DNA of 64,000 nt from Camelus ferus (taxonomy: Eukaryota). Each line of letters begins with the position of its first letter. Within the stretch, counting starts at the first letter, position 1. A program made the position numbers and the translations under genes. Shown piece by piece: positions 63,176-64,000 of the stretch. Below the pieces are notes generated by a model, which saw nothing but the letters and a program-made list of their open reading frames with translations, was not told where the DNA came from and made no database searches. The stretch is taken from assembly GCF_009834535.1 (NCBI RefSeq), contig NC_045696.1, positions 103,108,001 through 103,172,000 of the forward strand, read 5' to 3'.

Positions 63176-64000
63176 TCGTACATTTTCATAGTGATTGTCT
63201 AATTTTTACCTGTAAGGTGTCTAGGACTGCCCAGCTCTCCACTGAACTTAGTTCTAATATGCTTCATCTCATTATTCAAAGCCTCTTTTTTAAAGCAACT
63301 GTGTACATACAGTTTTCCAGCTTTTTGAGCTTGCTATATTTCTTAATACTGTCTTTCTTCCAAATTGTGTTTCTGCTATGGAGGAGAATTAATTTATTGG
63401 AGAGAAATGACTGACAGGCATCCTCTAGGTTTAAAAAAAAACAAAAAAACAAAAATAAAAAAAAAAATACACAAGTTCCCTTATCATTTCTTTCTAGAGG
63501 TAGTGATAGAACTCCAACTGGCAATGTTCTTCACGTACATTTTGTAAGCTTTGTCAGTGAAGCAATCATTTTTGTAGGAGCTTCCTTTCTTAGGCAGGAC
63601 ATAGCTTAAAATTTCAGAAACGAGTATGTTTCAGGCTGACCTGGTTCGTATTTCTGTCAGACCTCTACATCTCCTGCTAGGGAAGCAGTCAGAGACAGTG
63701 CTGAAACGGACAGCAGCAGGGCCGAGCCAGCAGGCAGGCGGGAGTTCCACTGAGTTAACAACTCCAACACCACTCATCCTTCTTTTAGAGAGAGGAAAAA
63801 AAGGTACAAAATAATTTTTGTAGTTAAGAATGTCAGCAATCCATAGCTGCTTTTGTGTTTTTGTCTGTATGTCAGTGAACCAACAATAATGCCTTGCTCA
63901 ATCACTGCATTCAGCCATCTTAAGTGCAATTTGTGATGGAGACTCTGGTTTCCAGTAGATAAAGTTTTACATAGGTAAATCTATAAAAATTATTTTTTTT

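Larger units (their letters stand above)
60081..64000 (+). other. XRN1: XRN1 long 3' UTR (probably continues beyond the window)
   Basis: Follows the stop codon; AU-rich and nearly free of large repeats; several AATAAA hexamers; mammalian XRN1 mRNAs are known to have multi-kb 3'UTRs. Confidence 0.75.

Noticed and set aside
1..64000. Novel multi-gene system, CRISPR array, intact ERV or processed pseudogene
   Set aside because: None was visible. The window is explained by XRN1 exons, introns, 3'UTR and common mammalian repeats, and the remaining short ORFs show no recognisable homology

Overview
This is AT-rich mammalian genomic DNA covering the 3' ~70% of the XRN1 gene (5'-3' exoribonuclease 1) on the + strand. 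I traced 30 GT-AG coding exons, equivalent to human exons ~13-42 (numbering inferred by counting back from the last exon). They splice in continuous frame: 3772 nt, about 1256 codons, ending ...KLAVNFGVSKPSE* at 60080. About 3.9 kb of long 3'UTR follows and probably runs off the window. The introns hold ordinary mammalian repeats (L1, L2, MIR, MaLR/ERVL LTRs, hAT and Tigger DNA transposon relics) plus five copies of a tRNA-derived SINE resembling camelid vic-1, so the organism is probably a camel, alpaca or llama. Nearly all ORFs in the supplied track are spurious or are exon fragments. I see no novel multi-gene system. The best leads are regulatory: (i) an extra in-frame 111-nt exon (49318-49428) absent from the canonical human protein as I recall it; (ii) candidate stop-containing poison exons at 24413-24440 and from 49901; (iii) a dsRBD-like segment in the C-terminal tail; (iv) a SINE insertion with an apparent 3' transduction. 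Repeat family names and boundaries are from visual recognition and are approximate.
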